This document shows positions 39,228 to 51,204 of a stretch of 64,000 nucleotides of DNA, piece after piece. Below the pieces are notes generated by a model. The model searched no databases. It had not been told where the DNA came from and saw only the letters and a program-made list of their open reading frames with translations. The position numbers and the translations under genes were made by a program. Origin of the DNA: Synechococcus sp. Its GTDB lineage: Bacteria > Cyanobacteriota > Cyanobacteriia > Thermostichales > PCC-7336. The stretch lies in contig JBFRWD010000078.1 in assembly GCA_051439425.1 (NCBI GenBank), forward strand, positions 32,001 to 96,000, read 5' to 3'. Position 1 is the stretch's first letter; the number at the start of each line of letters is the position of its first letter.

Positions 39228-39641
39228 TTAGATAGCGGTCTTCACCTGCATGTTGGCAGCTTGCAGGAGGCTGTTGGCTTCCTGTTGAGCTTGCACGGCT
39301 TTGAGGCGCTCCTGCTCGTCGCTACTGCTAGCCAGAGTTGCTTTAGCAGCATCCAAGCTGGCTTGAGCGGCTGCGGTGTCGACATCGGTGCCCATGACAG
39401 CGCTCTTAACAAGAACGGACACAGTATTGTTCTCTATTTCAGCCAAACCACCCATGACTGCCATTGCGGTCCATTTGCCGCCAGAGCGAACGCGCATGAC
39501 ACCATTGCCAAGGGCCGTCAGCAGAGGAGCGTGGCCAGTCAAAACACCCAGTTGCCCGGAAGTTGCTGGCAAAATCACTTCATCGGCAGGGGCATCCCAT
39601 ACGCTGGAATCCGGACCAATCACCTGAACAGACAGCGTCAC
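39228..39641 (-). CDS. atpC: ATP synthase F1 epsilon subunit
   Basis: GTG at 39641 with a [32 protein letters not shown] and AVMGGLAEI motifs. Confidence 0.93.
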   Translation of the reverse strand: MTLSVQVIGPDSSVWDAPADEVILPATSGQLGVLTGHAPLLTALGNGVMRVRSGGKWTAMAVMGGLAEIENNTVSVLVKSAVMGTDVDTAAAQASLDAAKATLASSSDEQERLKAVQAQQEANSLLQAANMQVKTAI

Positions 39642-39913
39642 TGCACGTTCCTCCAAACAGTTAGCAAAGTTCTCTACTGTTACAGAATTATAAGGTAAGG
39701 CGGTTCGCCCCCCTGCTTGAATTGCCCGAGTAGCGAGAGAGACAATCATAGAATCTGATGAGACGAAATCCCTCCAGTCACCAGGTGCATGTCACAACTC
39801 CACACAGTTTCGGCATCTCTCGCTCTCCAGCATTCCCGTATCAACTCAGAAAGTTCGATCGGGCATTGGCTCAGGCCTTGACATGTATTTTCGCCCGACC
39901 AGTGGAGAGTAAG

Positions 39914-40678
39914 ATGGGCAAGCATTCTTCGGTACAGTTTGGCATGGCCGAGCTTTCCTCATCCCGCCAGCAGAAGCTATCGAGATTTATCGAGCAGTTG
40001 GGATTGCCTGTAGCTCCAGATGCCATCGACTGGGTCTTGTTAGATCTGGCACTGACTCACCCATCGTTGGAGTCCGAGCGCAATAACGATCGCCTCGAAT
40101 TTTTAGGCGATGCCATTCTGCGCTTGCTGGTCGGAGACTTTCTGTATTCCGCGTACCCCCAGTTGGCGGTGGGGCAATTGGCTGTGCTGCGCTCCGACTT
40201 GCTCAGCAATCATTTTTTTGCTGGCTTGGCGGATGGCTATAACTTTGAGTCCGTGCTGCGGTTAGGGGGGAGCGCCAGGAATGACACGAAAGGGCGCACC
40301 AAGCGTCACGCCGACGCTTTTGAAGCTGTTGTGGGAGCGCTCTATCTGAGCTTGCGATCGCCAGACTCCGAGACAGTAGCCGTAACTCCGCTGCAATCGT
40401 GGCTAGAACCAGCCCTACGGAAACGGGTAACAGTTGTCTTGGACAATCTGGAACGCCACAATGCCAAAACGTCCTTGCAAGAGCTGACTCAACAGCGCTG
40501 GGGAGAGTTACCCACTTACCGTGTTGTGCAAAAGCATCAAGAGAGCGATCGCGCGGTGCAATTCCTGGCAGAAGTGTGGGTGGGTAAGACTTGTCAGGGA
40601 ATAGGGACGGGGCGATCGAAGAAGATGGCAGAAACAGAAGCAGCCTTAGCGGCCCTCGACAAACTGCAATCACAGTAA
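39914..40678 (+). CDS. rnc: Ribonuclease III (start uncertain)
   Basis: ALTHPS, RLEFLGDAIL, ADAFEAVVGALYL and a dsRBD (KTSLQE...GTGRSKKMAE). Confidence 0.93.
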   Translation: MGKHSSVQFGMAELSSSRQQKLSRFIEQLGLPVAPDAIDWVLLDLALTHPSLESERNNDRLEFLGDAILRLLVGDFLYSAYPQLAVGQLAVLRSDLLSNHFFAGLADGYNFESVLRLGGSARNDTKGRTKRHADAFEAVVGALYLSLRSPDSETVAVTPLQSWLEPALRKRVTVVLDNLERHNAKTSLQELTQQRWGELPTYRVVQKHQESDRAVQFLAEVWVGKTCQGIGTGRSKKMAETEAALAALDKLQSQ

Positions 40679-40838
40679 TGTGTGGCCAGGTACTCGCAAT
40701 CACGTAATGCGAACATTGCAATCCCATTCGCTCTCTGTCTGATAACCAAACAGAGAACTCATGTCCGGGCGACAGTTTGAGCACGCGCAACACAGCAAAG
40801 GGGGGCTAGACTGAGTAAGCGGTATCAATACTTAACCC

Positions 40839-41645
40839 TTGCAACCGCTTATGGTCGATCCCATCAATTACTCAGAGGTGGCTGGCGAACAGCAGCCGAT
40901 TTATAGTCAACCAGTGCCGGCCCCTGCTAGCCAGCAGGAGAGTCGACTGAATTGGTGGCAAGGGTTATTAGAAGATATCGATTGTGTGTTCGAACGCGAT
41001 CCGGCAGCCCGAAATCGTATAGAAGTATTGCTAACGTATCCCGGATTGCATGCCTTACTGTTCCATCGCATGACCCATTGGCTGTGGCAGCACCGTTGCA
41101 AGCTATTCGCTCGCTACATAAGTTCGTTTGCTCGTTGGCTCACCCTAGTCGAAATCCATCCAGGGGCTCGCATTGGTCGGCGGTTTTTCATCGATCACGG
41201 CGCCGGTGTCGTCATTGGCGAAACTACGTTAATTGGTAACGATGTCACCCTCTACCACGGAGTAACGTTGGGAGGGACGTCTTGGGATAAAGGCAAGCGC
41301 CACCCCACGCTACGAGATGGCGTGGTGATTGGGGCCGGAGCAAAGGTGCTGGGACCAATCTCGATTGGTAAGGGGGCTCGGGTGGGAGCCAATTCGGTAG
41401 TGGTGAAAGATGTACCGGAAGAAATGAGTGTCGTCGGGATTCCCGGCCGGGTGGTACTACCCATCCACTGTCGTCGCATTACCGAACATGGCATCGATCT
41501 GGATCACCATCTCATGCCCGACCCGGTCGGAAAAGCAATCTCGTCGCTCATCGATCGCATTGATGGTTTGCAACAAGAACTGCAAGCCCTGAAGGGGGAG
41601 GACGCAGGCGACGTAACGTCGAACGGTAATGGAACAAAGCCTTAG
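40839..41645 (+). CDS. cysE: Serine O-acetyltransferase
   Basis: [37 protein letters not shown]. Confidence 0.96.
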   Translation: MQPLMVDPINYSEVAGEQQPIYSQPVPAPASQQESRLNWWQGLLEDIDCVFERDPAARNRIEVLLTYPGLHALLFHRMTHWLWQHRCKLFARYISSFARWLTLVEIHPGARIGRRFFIDHGAGVVIGETTLIGNDVTLYHGVTLGGTSWDKGKRHPTLRDGVVIGAGAKVLGPISIGKGARVGANSVVVKDVPEEMSVVGIPGRVVLPIHCRRITEHGIDLDHHLMPDPVGKAISSLIDRIDGLQQELQALKGEDAGDVTSNGNGTKP

Positions 41646-41810
41646 CCCGATTGCCCAGAACTAGACACCCAGAACTAGATACAGAGCAACAGTCATCAAT
41701 ACCGTCCGAATCGACAGCTAGCTCCAATTTGCGATCGATCGTTTGGAGCATCTGCGATACTCATTCTGTAATACCAAACCTTTCGCAATACCTCTGTTAG
41801 TCTGAGGGGC

Positions 41811-43292
41811 ATGAATGCTTTTTCCAAAGAATTTAATCTGCTACTCCGGGCTCGCTATCCGATTATTTACATCAGTACGGTGGAAGAGGAGCGGGTAGAA
41901 GAAGCGATGATCGCTTCGAGTGATGGTCGCACGGCTTATTTGTGGGATTTTGTCACCGGTTATGGTCAGCAGGGAACCGATGCTGGCACCGCTCAGCGCA
42001 ATCCTTTGCAAGCATTGGAGTACGTTGAAAAGACGGATGATCGAGCACCAGCAATCTTTATACTGAGGGATTTTCATCGCTTTTTGAACGATATCTCTGT
42101 CGCTCGAAAGTTGCGCAATTTAGGCCGAAAGCTGAGATCGCTGCCCAAAACCATCGTGATTTTGGCTCCGGTGCTAGAGATTCCAGCAGAGCTGAGCGAA
42201 ACTGTCACTGTGTTGGAATTCGAGCTGCCTAGTGGAGGCGAGATTGAAGACACCATTTCGCAACTCGTGGGACCTGGGCAACCATTGCTGACAGCCGAAC
42301 GGGATAGCTTGGTACGGGCCTGTCAGGGGCTGACATTGGGGCGGATTCGACAGGCGTTGGGTAAGGCGATCGCCCAGTCAGGATCGCTATCCGCCGATGC
42401 GGTCGATCTGATTCTGGAAGAAAAACGCCAGAAAATTCGTCAAACGCAAATTTTGGAGTTTTATCCGGCCTCTACGGAAATTGCCGACATTGGCGGACTG
42501 GACAACCTTAAAGCATGGCTGCTGCGAAGGGGAAGTGCGTTTACGGAACGGGCACGGAGATATGGATTACCACAGCCGCGTGGGTTACTACTGGTAGGCA
42601 TTCAGGGCACGGGAAAGTCGCTGACGGCCAAGGCGATCGCCCATCACTGGCACCTGCCCCTACTGCGGTTAGATATTGGCCGTTTGTTTGCCGGACTCGT
42701 CGGAGAATCGGAATCCCGCACCCGACAGTTGATCCAGATTTCCGAGGCTATGTCCCCCTGCGTGCTGTGGATTGACGAAATCGATAAGGCGTTTGGGGCT
42801 AGTTCCAGTAGCGACGGCGGAACGACTGGTCGAGTCCTGGCAACGTTAATTACGTGGATGGCGGAAAAGACCTCTCCAGTATTTGTGGTAGCGACGGCCA
42901 ATAACATTCAGGTGCTGCCGCCGGAATTGCTGCGCAAAGGGCGATTTGACGAAGTGTTTTTTGTAGACTTGCCCACCCAAGACGAACGGCAAGAAATTTT
43001 CGAAGTTCATTTGGGGAAATTGCGATCGCAGACGATCCGCGATTATGACCTATCACGACTGGCGTACGAAACCCCCGAGTTTTCCGGTGCGGAAATCGAA
43101 CAGGCCATTGTTGAAGCCATGCACTTGGCCTTTAGCCAGAATCGCGATTTTACAACCGAGGACATTCTGGAGGCGGTATCGCTGATGGTACCTCTGGCCC
43201 GCACTGCACGGGAGCAAGTGGAATTACTGCAAAGCTGGGCACAGCAGGGGAAGGTGCGGCTGGCGTCTCAGAAAGGGTTACTAGCGCGGTAA
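41811..43292 (+). CDS. ycf46: Ycf46-like AAA ATPase
   Basis: LLRARYP.IY..T.EEER, IGGLDNLKAWL, GIQGTGKSL, WIDEIDKAF, LRKGRFDE. Confidence 0.9.
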   Translation: MNAFSKEFNLLLRARYPIIYISTVEEERVEEAMIASSDGRTAYLWDFVTGYGQQGTDAGTAQRNPLQALEYVEKTDDRAPAIFILRDFHRFLNDISVARKLRNLGRKLRSLPKTIVILAPVLEIPAELSETVTVLEFELPSGGEIEDTISQLVGPGQPLLTAERDSLVRACQGLTLGRIRQALGKAIAQSGSLSADAVDLILEEKRQKIRQTQILEFYPASTEIADIGGLDNLKAWLLRRGSAFTERARRYGLPQPRGLLLVGIQGTGKSLTAKAIAHHWHLPLLRLDIGRLFAGLVGESESRTRQLIQISEAMSPCVLWIDEIDKAFGASSSSDGGTTGRVLATLITWMAEKTSPVFVVATANNIQVLPPELLRKGRFDEVFFVDLPTQDERQEIFEVHLGKLRSQTIRDYDLSRLAYETPEFSGAEIEQAIVEAMHLAFSQNRDFTTEDILEAVSLMVPLARTAREQVELLQSWAQQGKVRLASQKGLLAR

Positions 43293-43577
43293 CAGCAACT
43301 TGCCGACGACAGGTAAGAGCCGTGACCCTCCTGGCAGTCCTCATCCAGAAACGTTGACGATCCAAGTCACAATTGCTGGGAAATAGTGGCCAATTGCGTG
43401 CGAACGCTACTAAGGTCGTAGCATGCCGACTCACAGACTCCGCCACAATCATTAGTGTTGATTCTCCAAGATCGCTGGCTCACCAGCAAACACCTAGATC
43501 GTTCAAGCCGAAGCGATGTGTCGGTCGTCTGAGCTTCTCAATCGTTCGCACTTCGAACCTCCTCCGCAACCATTGCC

Positions 43578-44768
43578 ATGCTTGAGTTCGCCCGCCGCAT
43601 TCAACCTCTCCAGACCAACGTCTTTGCCGACATGGACGCAGCTAAATCAGAGGCGCTGCGTCAGGGTAAAGTCCTAATCGATTTATCATTGGGGTCCACC
43701 GATTTATCTCCAACCCCCGAAGCGATCGGTGCTCTTCATCACGCTCTAGACGACCCATCAACTTACGGATACTGCTTGTTTGGCAGCACGCAATCTTTTC
43801 GCGAAACCTGTGCCCGTTGGTACGAACGTAAATTTGGGTTGACAGTCGATCCCGAAACCGAAGTTCTGCCCTTAATCGGTTCCCAAGAGGGCACCGCCCA
43901 TTTACCTTTGGCCCTAATGAATCCGGGAGATGTTGCCCTACTCACCGATCCCGGTTATCCCTCCCACGCTGGGGGGGTATATCTTGCGGGAGGAGACATT
44001 TATCGTATGTCTCTAACAGCAGAGCGCCAGTTTCTACCTGTGTTGGACGATATCCCGACTGAGATTTGCGATCGCGCCCGCCTCATGGTGCTGAGCTATC
44101 CCAACAATCCCACCACCGCCGTTGCCTCCCTGGAATTTTGGCAACAGACCGTCGATTTCTGTCAGCGTCACTCCATTGCCCTGATTCACGATTTTCCCTA
44201 CACCGATATGGCCCTAGACGGCCCCCCTGCCCCCTCAGCTCTCCTCGCAGATCGCAACAAAAGCGTAACGGTCGAGCTATTTTCCATGTCCAAGTCTTTC
44301 CATATGGGAGGCTTTCGTGTGGGATTTGCGATTGGCAATGCCGACATCGTGCGAGCCTTGCGACAGATCAAATCCATCGTAGATTTCAATCAATATCGCG
44401 GGATTTATCGCGCTGCTGCTGCTGTTCTCGACAACCCAGATAAAATTGTGCACCAGTCCCAAGAGGTTTACCGAGATCGCCGCGATCGCTGTATTGCAGC
44501 TCTCTCCAGCATCGGTTGGGACATTGCCACTCCGGCAATGGGAATGTATTTGTGGGCTCCACTCCCCCCCCACTATCCGCATGGTTCGCAACAGTTTTGC
44601 CTCGATCTTGTGAAAGCAACTGGTGTTGCATTGGCCCCTGGTTCGGGGTTCGGTTCAATGGGTGAGGGTTACGTTAGATTCGCCCTCATGCACGAGATGC
44701 CAATACTGGGGGCAGCGATTGTCAAAATCAAGCAGTTTCTCGAACAATATCAACCGATTGAAGTCTAA
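43578..44768 (+). CDS. PLP-dependent class I/II aminotransferase (LL-diaminopimelate aminotransferase-like)
   Basis: LIGSQEG, DPGYP, SYPNNPT, HDFPY, FSMSKSFHMGGFRVG, GEGYVRFAL. Confidence 0.88.
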   Translation: MLEFARRIQPLQTNVFADMDAAKSEALRQGKVLIDLSLGSTDLSPTPEAIGALHHALDDPSTYGYCLFGSTQSFRETCARWYERKFGLTVDPETEVLPLIGSQEGTAHLPLALMNPGDVALLTDPGYPSHAGGVYLAGGDIYRMSLTAERQFLPVLDDIPTEICDRARLMVLSYPNNPTTAVASLEFWQQTVDFCQRHSIALIHDFPYTDMALDGPPAPSALLADRNKSVTVELFSMSKSFHMGGFRVGFAIGNADIVRALRQIKSIVDFNQYRGIYRAAAAVLDNPDKIVHQSQEVYRDRRDRCIAALSSIGWDIATPAMGMYLWAPLPPHYPHGSQQFCLDLVKATGVALAPGSGFGSMGEGYVRFALMHEMPILGAAIVKIKQFLEQYQPIEV

Positions 44769-45918
44769 AGGGCACGAGCCCAATCCGCCGATCTATCCTC
44801 ACGCTGGCTATCACGGAGGTCGGCAGCGAGTTTGGGGGCAAGAACGCAGCTTTTTCGAAGGCTGGTACTTTCGCGTTACGCTCCCTCTGCAACGGGAGAG
44901 CGTTGCCATCATGTACTCGATGGAAGAATCAGGCAACAACGACTCTGGCTCTGGAGACGATCGTAGTGGCGGCATGATGCAGGTGCTGGGGCCGGGGGAT
45001 GAGCTAGTCTGGCGATCGCTACCCGATGCTCGGGGATTTTGGGCCAATCGTCATCAACTCGCGCTGGGTCATTGGGGCGGACTGCGCCAACCACAGGCTT
45101 CAAGCATGTTTCCGAAGCGACTTAGCGCAACAGATTTTTTCGATCGCATCCTCTTCGGATACCAAGCGGGCGATCGCTTCAATCAAGGTCACTTTCATCT
45201 CCCGAGCGGCGACACCATCCGCTGGCAATATCGCATCGAGCCGCAGGTTCGGTATGGTAGCCCGCAGCCTGAAGCAACAATGGGTTGGCTCTCTTACCTA
45301 TCTGTGTTCGAACCCGGTTGGCAAATACTGCTGGCTCGCGGAGAAGCCACCGGTTGGCTCGACTGGAAAGGACATCGATACGACTTTGTCCGCGCCCCAG
45401 CCTATGCCGAAAAGAACTGGGGGGGATCGTTTCCGCTGCGATGGTTTTGGATGCAATGCAACGGGTTCGAGCACATCCCTTCGCTATCGCTAACCTGTGC
45501 TGGTGGAATCCGAGATGTCCTGGGTTGGCCACAATCCGTCGGCATGGTGGCATTACATTGGCAAGACACCCATGGGAAAACCGGGAAGAATGGCAAACGG
45601 TTCCTAAAGTTCGTGCCTGACAACAGTCGCTGTCGCTGGCGAGTGGCCCCGTGGGGACGATGGGAATTTGAGTCAAACAGCGATCGCTATCGAGTTTCGC
45701 TGCTGGGCCATACTAGTGTTGCGGCAACACCTGTCATGGTTCCCACAGCCACAGGCATGGCATTTGACTGCTGGGACACAACACAAGGGCAACTCAACGT
45801 CAGAGTTTGGGAACGGCAGGGCACTGGCTGGTCCTTGCTGCTGGAGGATTGCAGTGAACTGGCCGGACTTGAAGTGGGAGGCAAAGGTTGGGATAGCGAG
45901 TGGGCTCACCAATATTGA
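44758..45918 (+). CDS. Tocopherol cyclase family protein
   Basis: PHAGYH, FFEGWYFRVTLP, FEPGWQIL, AYAEKNWGGSFP..WFWMQCN, AGLEVGG. TTG start at 44758 overlaps the upstream stop. Confidence 0.9.
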   Translation: MKSKGHEPNPPIYPHAGYHGGRQRVWGQERSFFEGWYFRVTLPLQRESVAIMYSMEESGNNDSGSGDDRSGGMMQVLGPGDELVWRSLPDARGFWANRHQLALGHWGGLRQPQASSMFPKRLSATDFFDRILFGYQAGDRFNQGHFHLPSGDTIRWQYRIEPQVRYGSPQPEATMGWLSYLSVFEPGWQILLARGEATGWLDWKGHRYDFVRAPAYAEKNWGGSFPLRWFWMQCNGFEHIPSLSLTCAGGIRDVLGWPQSVGMVALHWQDTHGKTGKNGKRFLKFVPDNSRCRWRVAPWGRWEFESNSDRYRVSLLGHTSVAATPVMVPTATGMAFDCWDTTQGQLNVRVWERQGTGWSLLLEDCSELAGLEVGGKGWDSEWAHQY

Positions 45919-46054
45919 GACCGAACGGTCCGAGTACGATAACCCCTTGCATCAATCCAATGAATAGTCCTTAAAAGATAGACAAATCTATCAGTACCTC
46001 ACCAGCACTTTCAGTACAACTAACCTACGATGACTTCGCAGACGTCGATGGGGT

Positions 46055-46564
46055 TTGAAAATGGGACTAAATACAGACTTGCAGAACCTTAGCCTTCAGA
46101 GTGTTGGTATGCGACTGACAGCTGCAGCGATCGCGGCCGGTAGTTTTACCCTTGCATCAACTCAGACTCTAGCCCAGACAGGGTTGGTCACTGTTGAAAG
46201 TCCCTACACGGTCGAAGAAACCGTTGCTCGCCTGGAAGCCGTACTCACAGAAAAAGGGCTGAGAATTTTTGGCCTCGTTGACCATGCAGCCGGTGCAACC
46301 AGCATCAATGCAGAATTACCACCCACTCAAGTGATGATATTCGGCAACCCCGCAACTGGTACGCCGCTCATGCAATGTGCACCGTCAATGGCGATCGATC
46401 TCCCTCTCAAGATGCTGGTGTGGGACGCTGACGGTCAAACACAAATGGCTTACAACGAGATGTCATTCCTGCAGGAGCGGCACGAAATCGAAGGGTGCGA
46501 TGAAGCGATCGGCAACATTGCCGCAGCGCTAGACGGGATTGTGACCGAAGTTACCCAGCCATAA
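46055..46564 (+). CDS. DUF302 domain secreted protein
   Basis: SPYTVEETV.RL, VDHAAGA, IFGNP..GTPLMQ, IDLPLKMLVW. Confidence 0.9.
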   Translation: MKMGLNTDLQNLSLQSVGMRLTAAAIAAGSFTLASTQTLAQTGLVTVESPYTVEETVARLEAVLTEKGLRIFGLVDHAAGATSINAELPPTQVMIFGNPATGTPLMQCAPSMAIDLPLKMLVWDADGQTQMAYNEMSFLQERHEIEGCDEAIGNIAAALDGIVTEVTQP

Positions 46565-46962
46565 GACAACGTCAATACGACGGACCACTTGAACGGAATA
46601 GTTGTCTCACAGCACAACGAAATGATTAGGGTCGAAGTCTCTTGCTCCCTCCTCCCAAATTGGAAGCAGGGTGGAGGACGGGAGTTACCGCACTCAGATC
46701 AAGATAGTCTCAGGCCATGGCAGGACCTGTAGCGATCGGCAATCCACATCGCTTCATGGACTTACGTCTCGCGGCGATGGCGAGGTGACATCCACCCACC
46801 CAACGTCAGAACTCTAATCAGGACTCTAAATAGCTCGAATCCTGATGTCAGTACTAGCCTACTCTCCAAATTACTGTTGTTCCGGTCCAAACATAAGGAT
46901 TTTGGGCTACGACAATATACATTCAGCAAGAGTATCTGGTAGTCCTCCGAATGGAAGGATTG

Positions 46963-47004
46963 GTATATTTGATTCCTTTTTTTGAGATCGACCTTGAGTA
47001 CTAT
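46963..47004 (+). promoter_or_regulatory. Imperfect NtcA-type promoter of glnN
   Basis: GTA-TATTTGAT-TCC (46963-46976), 22 nt, TACTAT (46999-47004). Confidence 0.5.
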
Positions 47005-47032
47005 CAATCAGACATAGCCTCAGGATACATAT

Positions 47033-49207
47033 ATGAGTAGAAATGAAGCTCGCGTAAACGCGGTTCAGCAGATTGCCAATCGGGAGCTTCTGCCACCCAA
47101 AGCGCCGAGAAGCCTAACAGATATGTGGGCAGAGAATGTCTTTAATTTACCTAAGATGCAAGCAACTCTGCCTAAAGCTGTCTTTAAGTCAATCAAGAAA
47201 ACAATTGTCAGTGGAGAAAAGCTCGATCTTTCGATTGCAGATGCTGTGGCAACCGCAATGAAAGATTGGGCGATGTCCAAAGGGGCCCTTTACTACGCCC
47301 ACGTCTTCTATCCCATGACCAACATGACTGCAGAGAAGCACGATGGCTTCATCTCAGTACAAGGTGACGGAAACGTCATTTCAGAGTTTTCCGGCAAGGT
47401 GCTAGTACAAGGAGAGCCGGATGGCTCGTCTTTCCCCAATGGCGGCATTAGAGACACCTTCGAAGCCAGGGGGTACACCGGGTGGGATGTTACCAGTCCT
47501 GCCTACATTATGGAAACGGACAACGGTTCGACACTTTGCATTCCTACCGTTTTCGTCTCTTGGACAGGCGAAGCATTAGATAAAAAAGTACCGCTTCTCA
47601 GGTCTATTGCAGCTATGGATAAAGCTGCCAACAAAGTACTGAAACTTCTAGGCCATACCGATGTTGCTCAAGTCAATTCTAGCTGCGGCGCCGAGCAAGA
47701 ATATTTCTTGATTGATGCCAACTTTGCGAGTCAGCGTCCCGATCTCCTCTTGGCCGGACGAACTCTATTCGGTAAAGCTCCGGCAAAAGGCCAAGAGTTT
47801 GACGATCACTACTTTGGCGCGATCCCTGAGCGGGTTCAAGTCTTTATGCAAGACGTTGAAGAAGCGCTTTACAAGTTAGGCATACCCGCGAAGACAAGAC
47901 ATAACGAAGTCGCTCCCGGTCAATTTGAAATTGCCCCCTTTTTTGAAGCGGCGAATGTTGCCAGTGACCACCAGCAGCTCCTAATGACCGTGCTAAAACA
48001 TACTGCGAAGAAGCACGGATTTGTTTGTTTGCTGCATGAAAAGCCATTCGCTGGTATCAACGGTTCGGGTAAGCATGTCAACTGGTCCGTTGGAAATTCC
48101 ACTCAAGGCAACTTGCTCGACCCAGGGGACTCCCCACATGACAATGCCCAGTTTTTGGTGTTTTGTGGTGCTGTCATTCGGGGTGTTCATAAGTATGGGC
48201 CACTGATGAGGGCCGCCATCGCTACGGCCAGTAACGATCACCGACTGGGTGCCAATGAAGCACCGCCGGCCATCATGTCTGTCTATTTGGGTACGCAACT
48301 AGAAGAGGTTTTCGAGCAGATTAAAACTGGCTCAGTGACAGACTCCAAACATAAAGGTGTTATGGATCTGGGTATAGATGTGGTGCCTCCACTAACCAAA
48401 GATGCTGGCGACAGAAATCGAACATCTCCCTTTGCCTTTACTGGCAACCGATTTGAATTTCGCGCGGTGGGTTCGAGTCAATCAGTCGCAGGACCGTTGA
48501 TTGTTCTGAACACGATGCTGGCAGATTCCTTGGAGTGGGTGGGCAATCGCTTAGAGAGCGAATTATCTAAAGGAGTAAGCCTGGATACTGCTATCCTCAC
48601 AGTTCTCAAAGAAGTCATGGAAGTCCACGGTTCAGTTATCTTTGGTGGCAATGGCTATTCGAATGAATGGCACCAAATGGCAGTAGAAGAGCGCGGTTTA
48701 GCCAACTTGCCAACAACTGCTGATTCGCTACCTGTACTCAAAGCTGACTACATTGGCGAACTGTTTGAGAAAACTGGGGTTCTGAGTCCTGTGGAGCTTG
48801 AGAGCCGCTTTGAAGTATACGCAGAGCAGTATATTCTCTCGATTGAAGTTGAAGCCAAACTTGCTTTGAGCATGGCAAAAACGACTATCTATCCTGCAGC
48901 AATCGAGTATTTATCTAAGTTGTCATCTACTATTGCTAGCTTAACGGGGCTGGGCATCGATCTTGAAAAGGATAGTGCGCAGAAAGTCGCAAGTCTGGCT
49001 AATTCGCTACTTGCAGCCACTAGCGAATTAAGCGAAGCTCTTGGTAAACATGATTTTGTTTCAACTGATGAGCATATGCAGTATTGCGCAAAAGTGCTCC
49101 GCCCTTTAATGGATAAAATTCGTGGTTTTGCGGATTCTCTTGAAGGGGAAGTTGGAGATAGCTTCTGGCCATTGCCGACTTACCAGGAAATGTTGTTCAT
49201 CAAGTAG
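47033..49207 (+). CDS. glnN: Glutamine synthetase type III
   Basis: 724 aa. [75 protein letters not shown]. Confidence 0.97.
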   Translation: MSRNEARVNAVQQIANRELLPPKAPRSLTDMWAENVFNLPKMQATLPKAVFKSIKKTIVSGEKLDLSIADAVATAMKDWAMSKGALYYAHVFYPMTNMTAEKHDGFISVQGDGNVISEFSGKVLVQGEPDGSSFPNGGIRDTFEARGYTGWDVTSPAYIMETDNGSTLCIPTVFVSWTGEALDKKVPLLRSIAAMDKAANKVLKLLGHTDVAQVNSSCGAEQEYFLIDANFASQRPDLLLAGRTLFGKAPAKGQEFDDHYFGAIPERVQVFMQDVEEALYKLGIPAKTRHNEVAPGQFEIAPFFEAANVASDHQQLLMTVLKHTAKKHGFVCLLHEKPFAGINGSGKHVNWSVGNSTQGNLLDPGDSPHDNAQFLVFCGAVIRGVHKYGPLMRAAIATASNDHRLGANEAPPAIMSVYLGTQLEEVFEQIKTGSVTDSKHKGVMDLGIDVVPPLTKDAGDRNRTSPFAFTGNRFEFRAVGSSQSVAGPLIVLNTMLADSLEWVGNRLESELSKGVSLDTAILTVLKEVMEVHGSVIFGGNGYSNEWHQMAVEERGLANLPTTADSLPVLKADYIGELFEKTGVLSPVELESRFEVYAEQYILSIEVEAKLALSMAKTTIYPAAIEYLSKLSSTIASLTGLGIDLEKDSAQKVASLANSLLAATSELSEALGKHDFVSTDEHMQYCAKVLRPLMDKIRGFADSLEGEVGDSFWPLPTYQEMLFIK

Positions 49208-49234
49208 TCCTTATTCAGGAATACCCTAACTTCC

Positions 49235-49266
49235 GCCAGAGACAAGGCCTAGAGCTCGTCTCTGGC
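49235..49266 (+). terminator. Hairpin downstream of glnN
   Basis: GCCAGAGAC...GTCTCTGGC inverted repeat with no clear U-tract. Confidence 0.4.
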
Positions 49267-49520
49267 ATAGGTAGGCACCAAAACGTGTAAACCGTGCTGT
49301 GAGTAACGATGCTGGGAGGCACAAAACTTGAGCTGAACGCTTGCACTGAAAAGATGTGAATTCTAACAGATTGGGCTGAATCGATGAACTAAATGCGTGA
49401 GAAGGAGCGATAGCGACTAAAGGTCATTGCCGAAATAGCTCTCTGTCAATTAACCGTCAACAAGCTATCTGAAAGAATACTTAGAACTGCAGATTGACTT
49501 AATCCAGAAAGGATTTTTTT

Positions 49521-49562
49521 GTATCTTTCGATACAATTCGATGCGAACCCCCTCTCTAGGAT
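49521..49562 (+). promoter_or_regulatory. Canonical NtcA-activated promoter of glnA
   Basis: GTA-TCTTTCGA-TAC (49521-49534), exactly 22 nt, then TAGGAT (TAN3T, 49557-49562). Confidence 0.88.
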
Positions 49563-49670
49563 CGGGTGAGCAAAATGTGACGCTCTCATGACTCCGGTGC
49601 CCAACTATCGCTGAAAGCCGTTTGAGGAGGGCGTCCGGGAACCATTGCAGGACGAAGTAAGGAGACTCGA

Positions 49671-51089
49671 ATGGCAACCCCCCAAGACATCCTAAATCTC
49701 ATCAAAGAAAAAGATATTCAGATGGTCGATCTGAAGTTCGTTGACTTGCTGGGAACTTGGCAACACGTCTCTTTTTACAAAGATTTGATTGACGAAGATG
49801 TCTTCACTGAAGGTCTGGGATTTGACGGCTCCAGTATTCGTGGCTGGAAGGCGATCAACAACTCCGACATGGCGATCGTCCCCGATCCCAGCACCGCCTG
49901 GATCGACCCCTTCATGGCGGAACCCACCCTCAGCATGCTGTGCACCATTCAAGAGCCTCGCACTGGCGAAGCTTACGAACGCTGCCCTCGTAGCTTGGCT
50001 GTTAAAGCTCTGGAATACATGCAGTCCACCGGTATTGCGGATACCGCATACTTCGGTCCCGAGCCCGAGTTCTTTGTCTTTGATGATGTTCGCTACGACC
50101 AAAACGAAAATAGTTGCTACCACTTCGTAGACTCTGTCGAGGGTAAATGGAACTCTGGTCGCGAAGAAGCTGGCGGCAACCTGGGCTACAAAATTCGCTA
50201 TAAGGAAGGCTACTTCCCCGTAGGTCCCAGTGATACCTATCAAGATCTGCGTACCGAGATGTTGCTGACCATGGGTGCTCTGGGTGTGCCCATCGAGAAG
50301 CATCACCACGAAGTAGCAACTGCCGGTCAGGCAGAATTGGGCCTCAAGTTTGCTCCCCTAATCAACGCTGCAGACTACGTTCTGACCTACAAGTACGTCG
50401 TCAAAAATGTTGCCAAGAAGCATGGCAAGACCGCCACATTCATGCCCAAGCCTCTGTTTAACGACAACGGCACCGGTATGCACACCCATCAGTCTCTTTG
50501 GAAAGACGGCCAGCCTTTGTTCTTCGGTGATGGCTATGCCAATCTGAGCCAAACCGCCCTGCATTACATCGGCGGTATCCTCAAACACGCTCCCGCATTG
50601 TTGGCCTTCACCAACCCCACGATCAACTCCTATAAGCGTCTGGTACCTGGGTTCGAAGCACCCGTTAACCTGGCATACTCCCAGGGCAACCGCTCTGCGT
50701 CCATCCGCATCCCCGTCACCGGAGCCAACCCCAAGGCCAAGCGTCTTGAGTTCCGTTGCCCTGACGCTACTGCCAACCCCTACTTGGCGTTTGCAGCCAT
50801 GTTGATGGCGGGTCTCGACGGTATCAAGAACCAAATCGATCCTGGCAGCTCGTTAGATGTGGACATCTACGATTTGTCCCCCGATGAGTTGGCCAACATT
50901 CCATCTACCCCTGGTTCTTTGGCCGAGGCTTTGGAAAATCTGAACAACGACCACGAGTTCTTGACTGCTGGCGGCGTGTTCTCCGAAGACTTCATCAAAA
51001 ACTGGATCGAGTACAAGCTGGATAATGAGGTGATTCCCATTAGCTTGCGCCCCCATCCTTACGAATTCGCACTCTACTACGATTGCTAA
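49671..51089 (+). CDS. glnA: Glutamine synthetase type I
   Basis: [63 protein letters not shown]. Confidence 0.98.
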   Translation: MATPQDILNLIKEKDIQMVDLKFVDLLGTWQHVSFYKDLIDEDVFTEGLGFDGSSIRGWKAINNSDMAIVPDPSTAWIDPFMAEPTLSMLCTIQEPRTGEAYERCPRSLAVKALEYMQSTGIADTAYFGPEPEFFVFDDVRYDQNENSCYHFVDSVEGKWNSGREEAGGNLGYKIRYKEGYFPVGPSDTYQDLRTEMLLTMGALGVPIEKHHHEVATAGQAELGLKFAPLINAADYVLTYKYVVKNVAKKHGKTATFMPKPLFNDNGTGMHTHQSLWKDGQPLFFGDGYANLSQTALHYIGGILKHAPALLAFTNPTINSYKRLVPGFEAPVNLAYSQGNRSASIRIPVTGANPKAKRLEFRCPDATANPYLAFAAMLMAGLDGIKNQIDPGSSLDVDIYDLSPDELANIPSTPGSLAEALENLNNDHEFLTAGGVFSEDFIKNWIEYKLDNEVIPISLRPHPYEFALYYDC

Positions 51090-51204
51090 GCTTCATCCGC
51101 CTAGCACCTAAGCCCGCTTCTAGATTTTTGAGTCCTAGGACTTTGTTTAACTCCTAGAATCTCGAAGGGATGGAAGCGATCGCCAATCAGTATTCTGATG
51201 ACAC

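Noticed and set aside
39642..39749. 36-aa N-terminal extension of atpC
   Set aside because: A strong GGAGGA RBS precedes GTG 39641, which gives a normal-length epsilon subunit.
41654..41679. Short direct repeat CCCAGAACTAGA x2 after cysE
   Set aside because: Only two copies, likely local slippage, with no supporting context.
44623..44757. N-terminal extension of tocopherol cyclase in the ORF track
   Set aside because: It overlaps the aminotransferase coding region; homology begins near TTG 44758.
46736..46770. Possible fourth, inverted copy of the 105-bp element
   Set aside because: Only about 10 bp (TCGGCAATCC) match before the sequence diverges.
46564..47032. Glutamine (glnA-motif) riboswitch upstream of glnN or glnA
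   Set aside because: I could not find the conserved CGTTCA...GGAAGTAGG...GAAGGAACGC pattern here or upstream of glnA.
49692..50834. Long antisense ORFs within glnA
   Set aside because: Expected by-product of biased codon usage in a highly expressed gene; no protein motifs.
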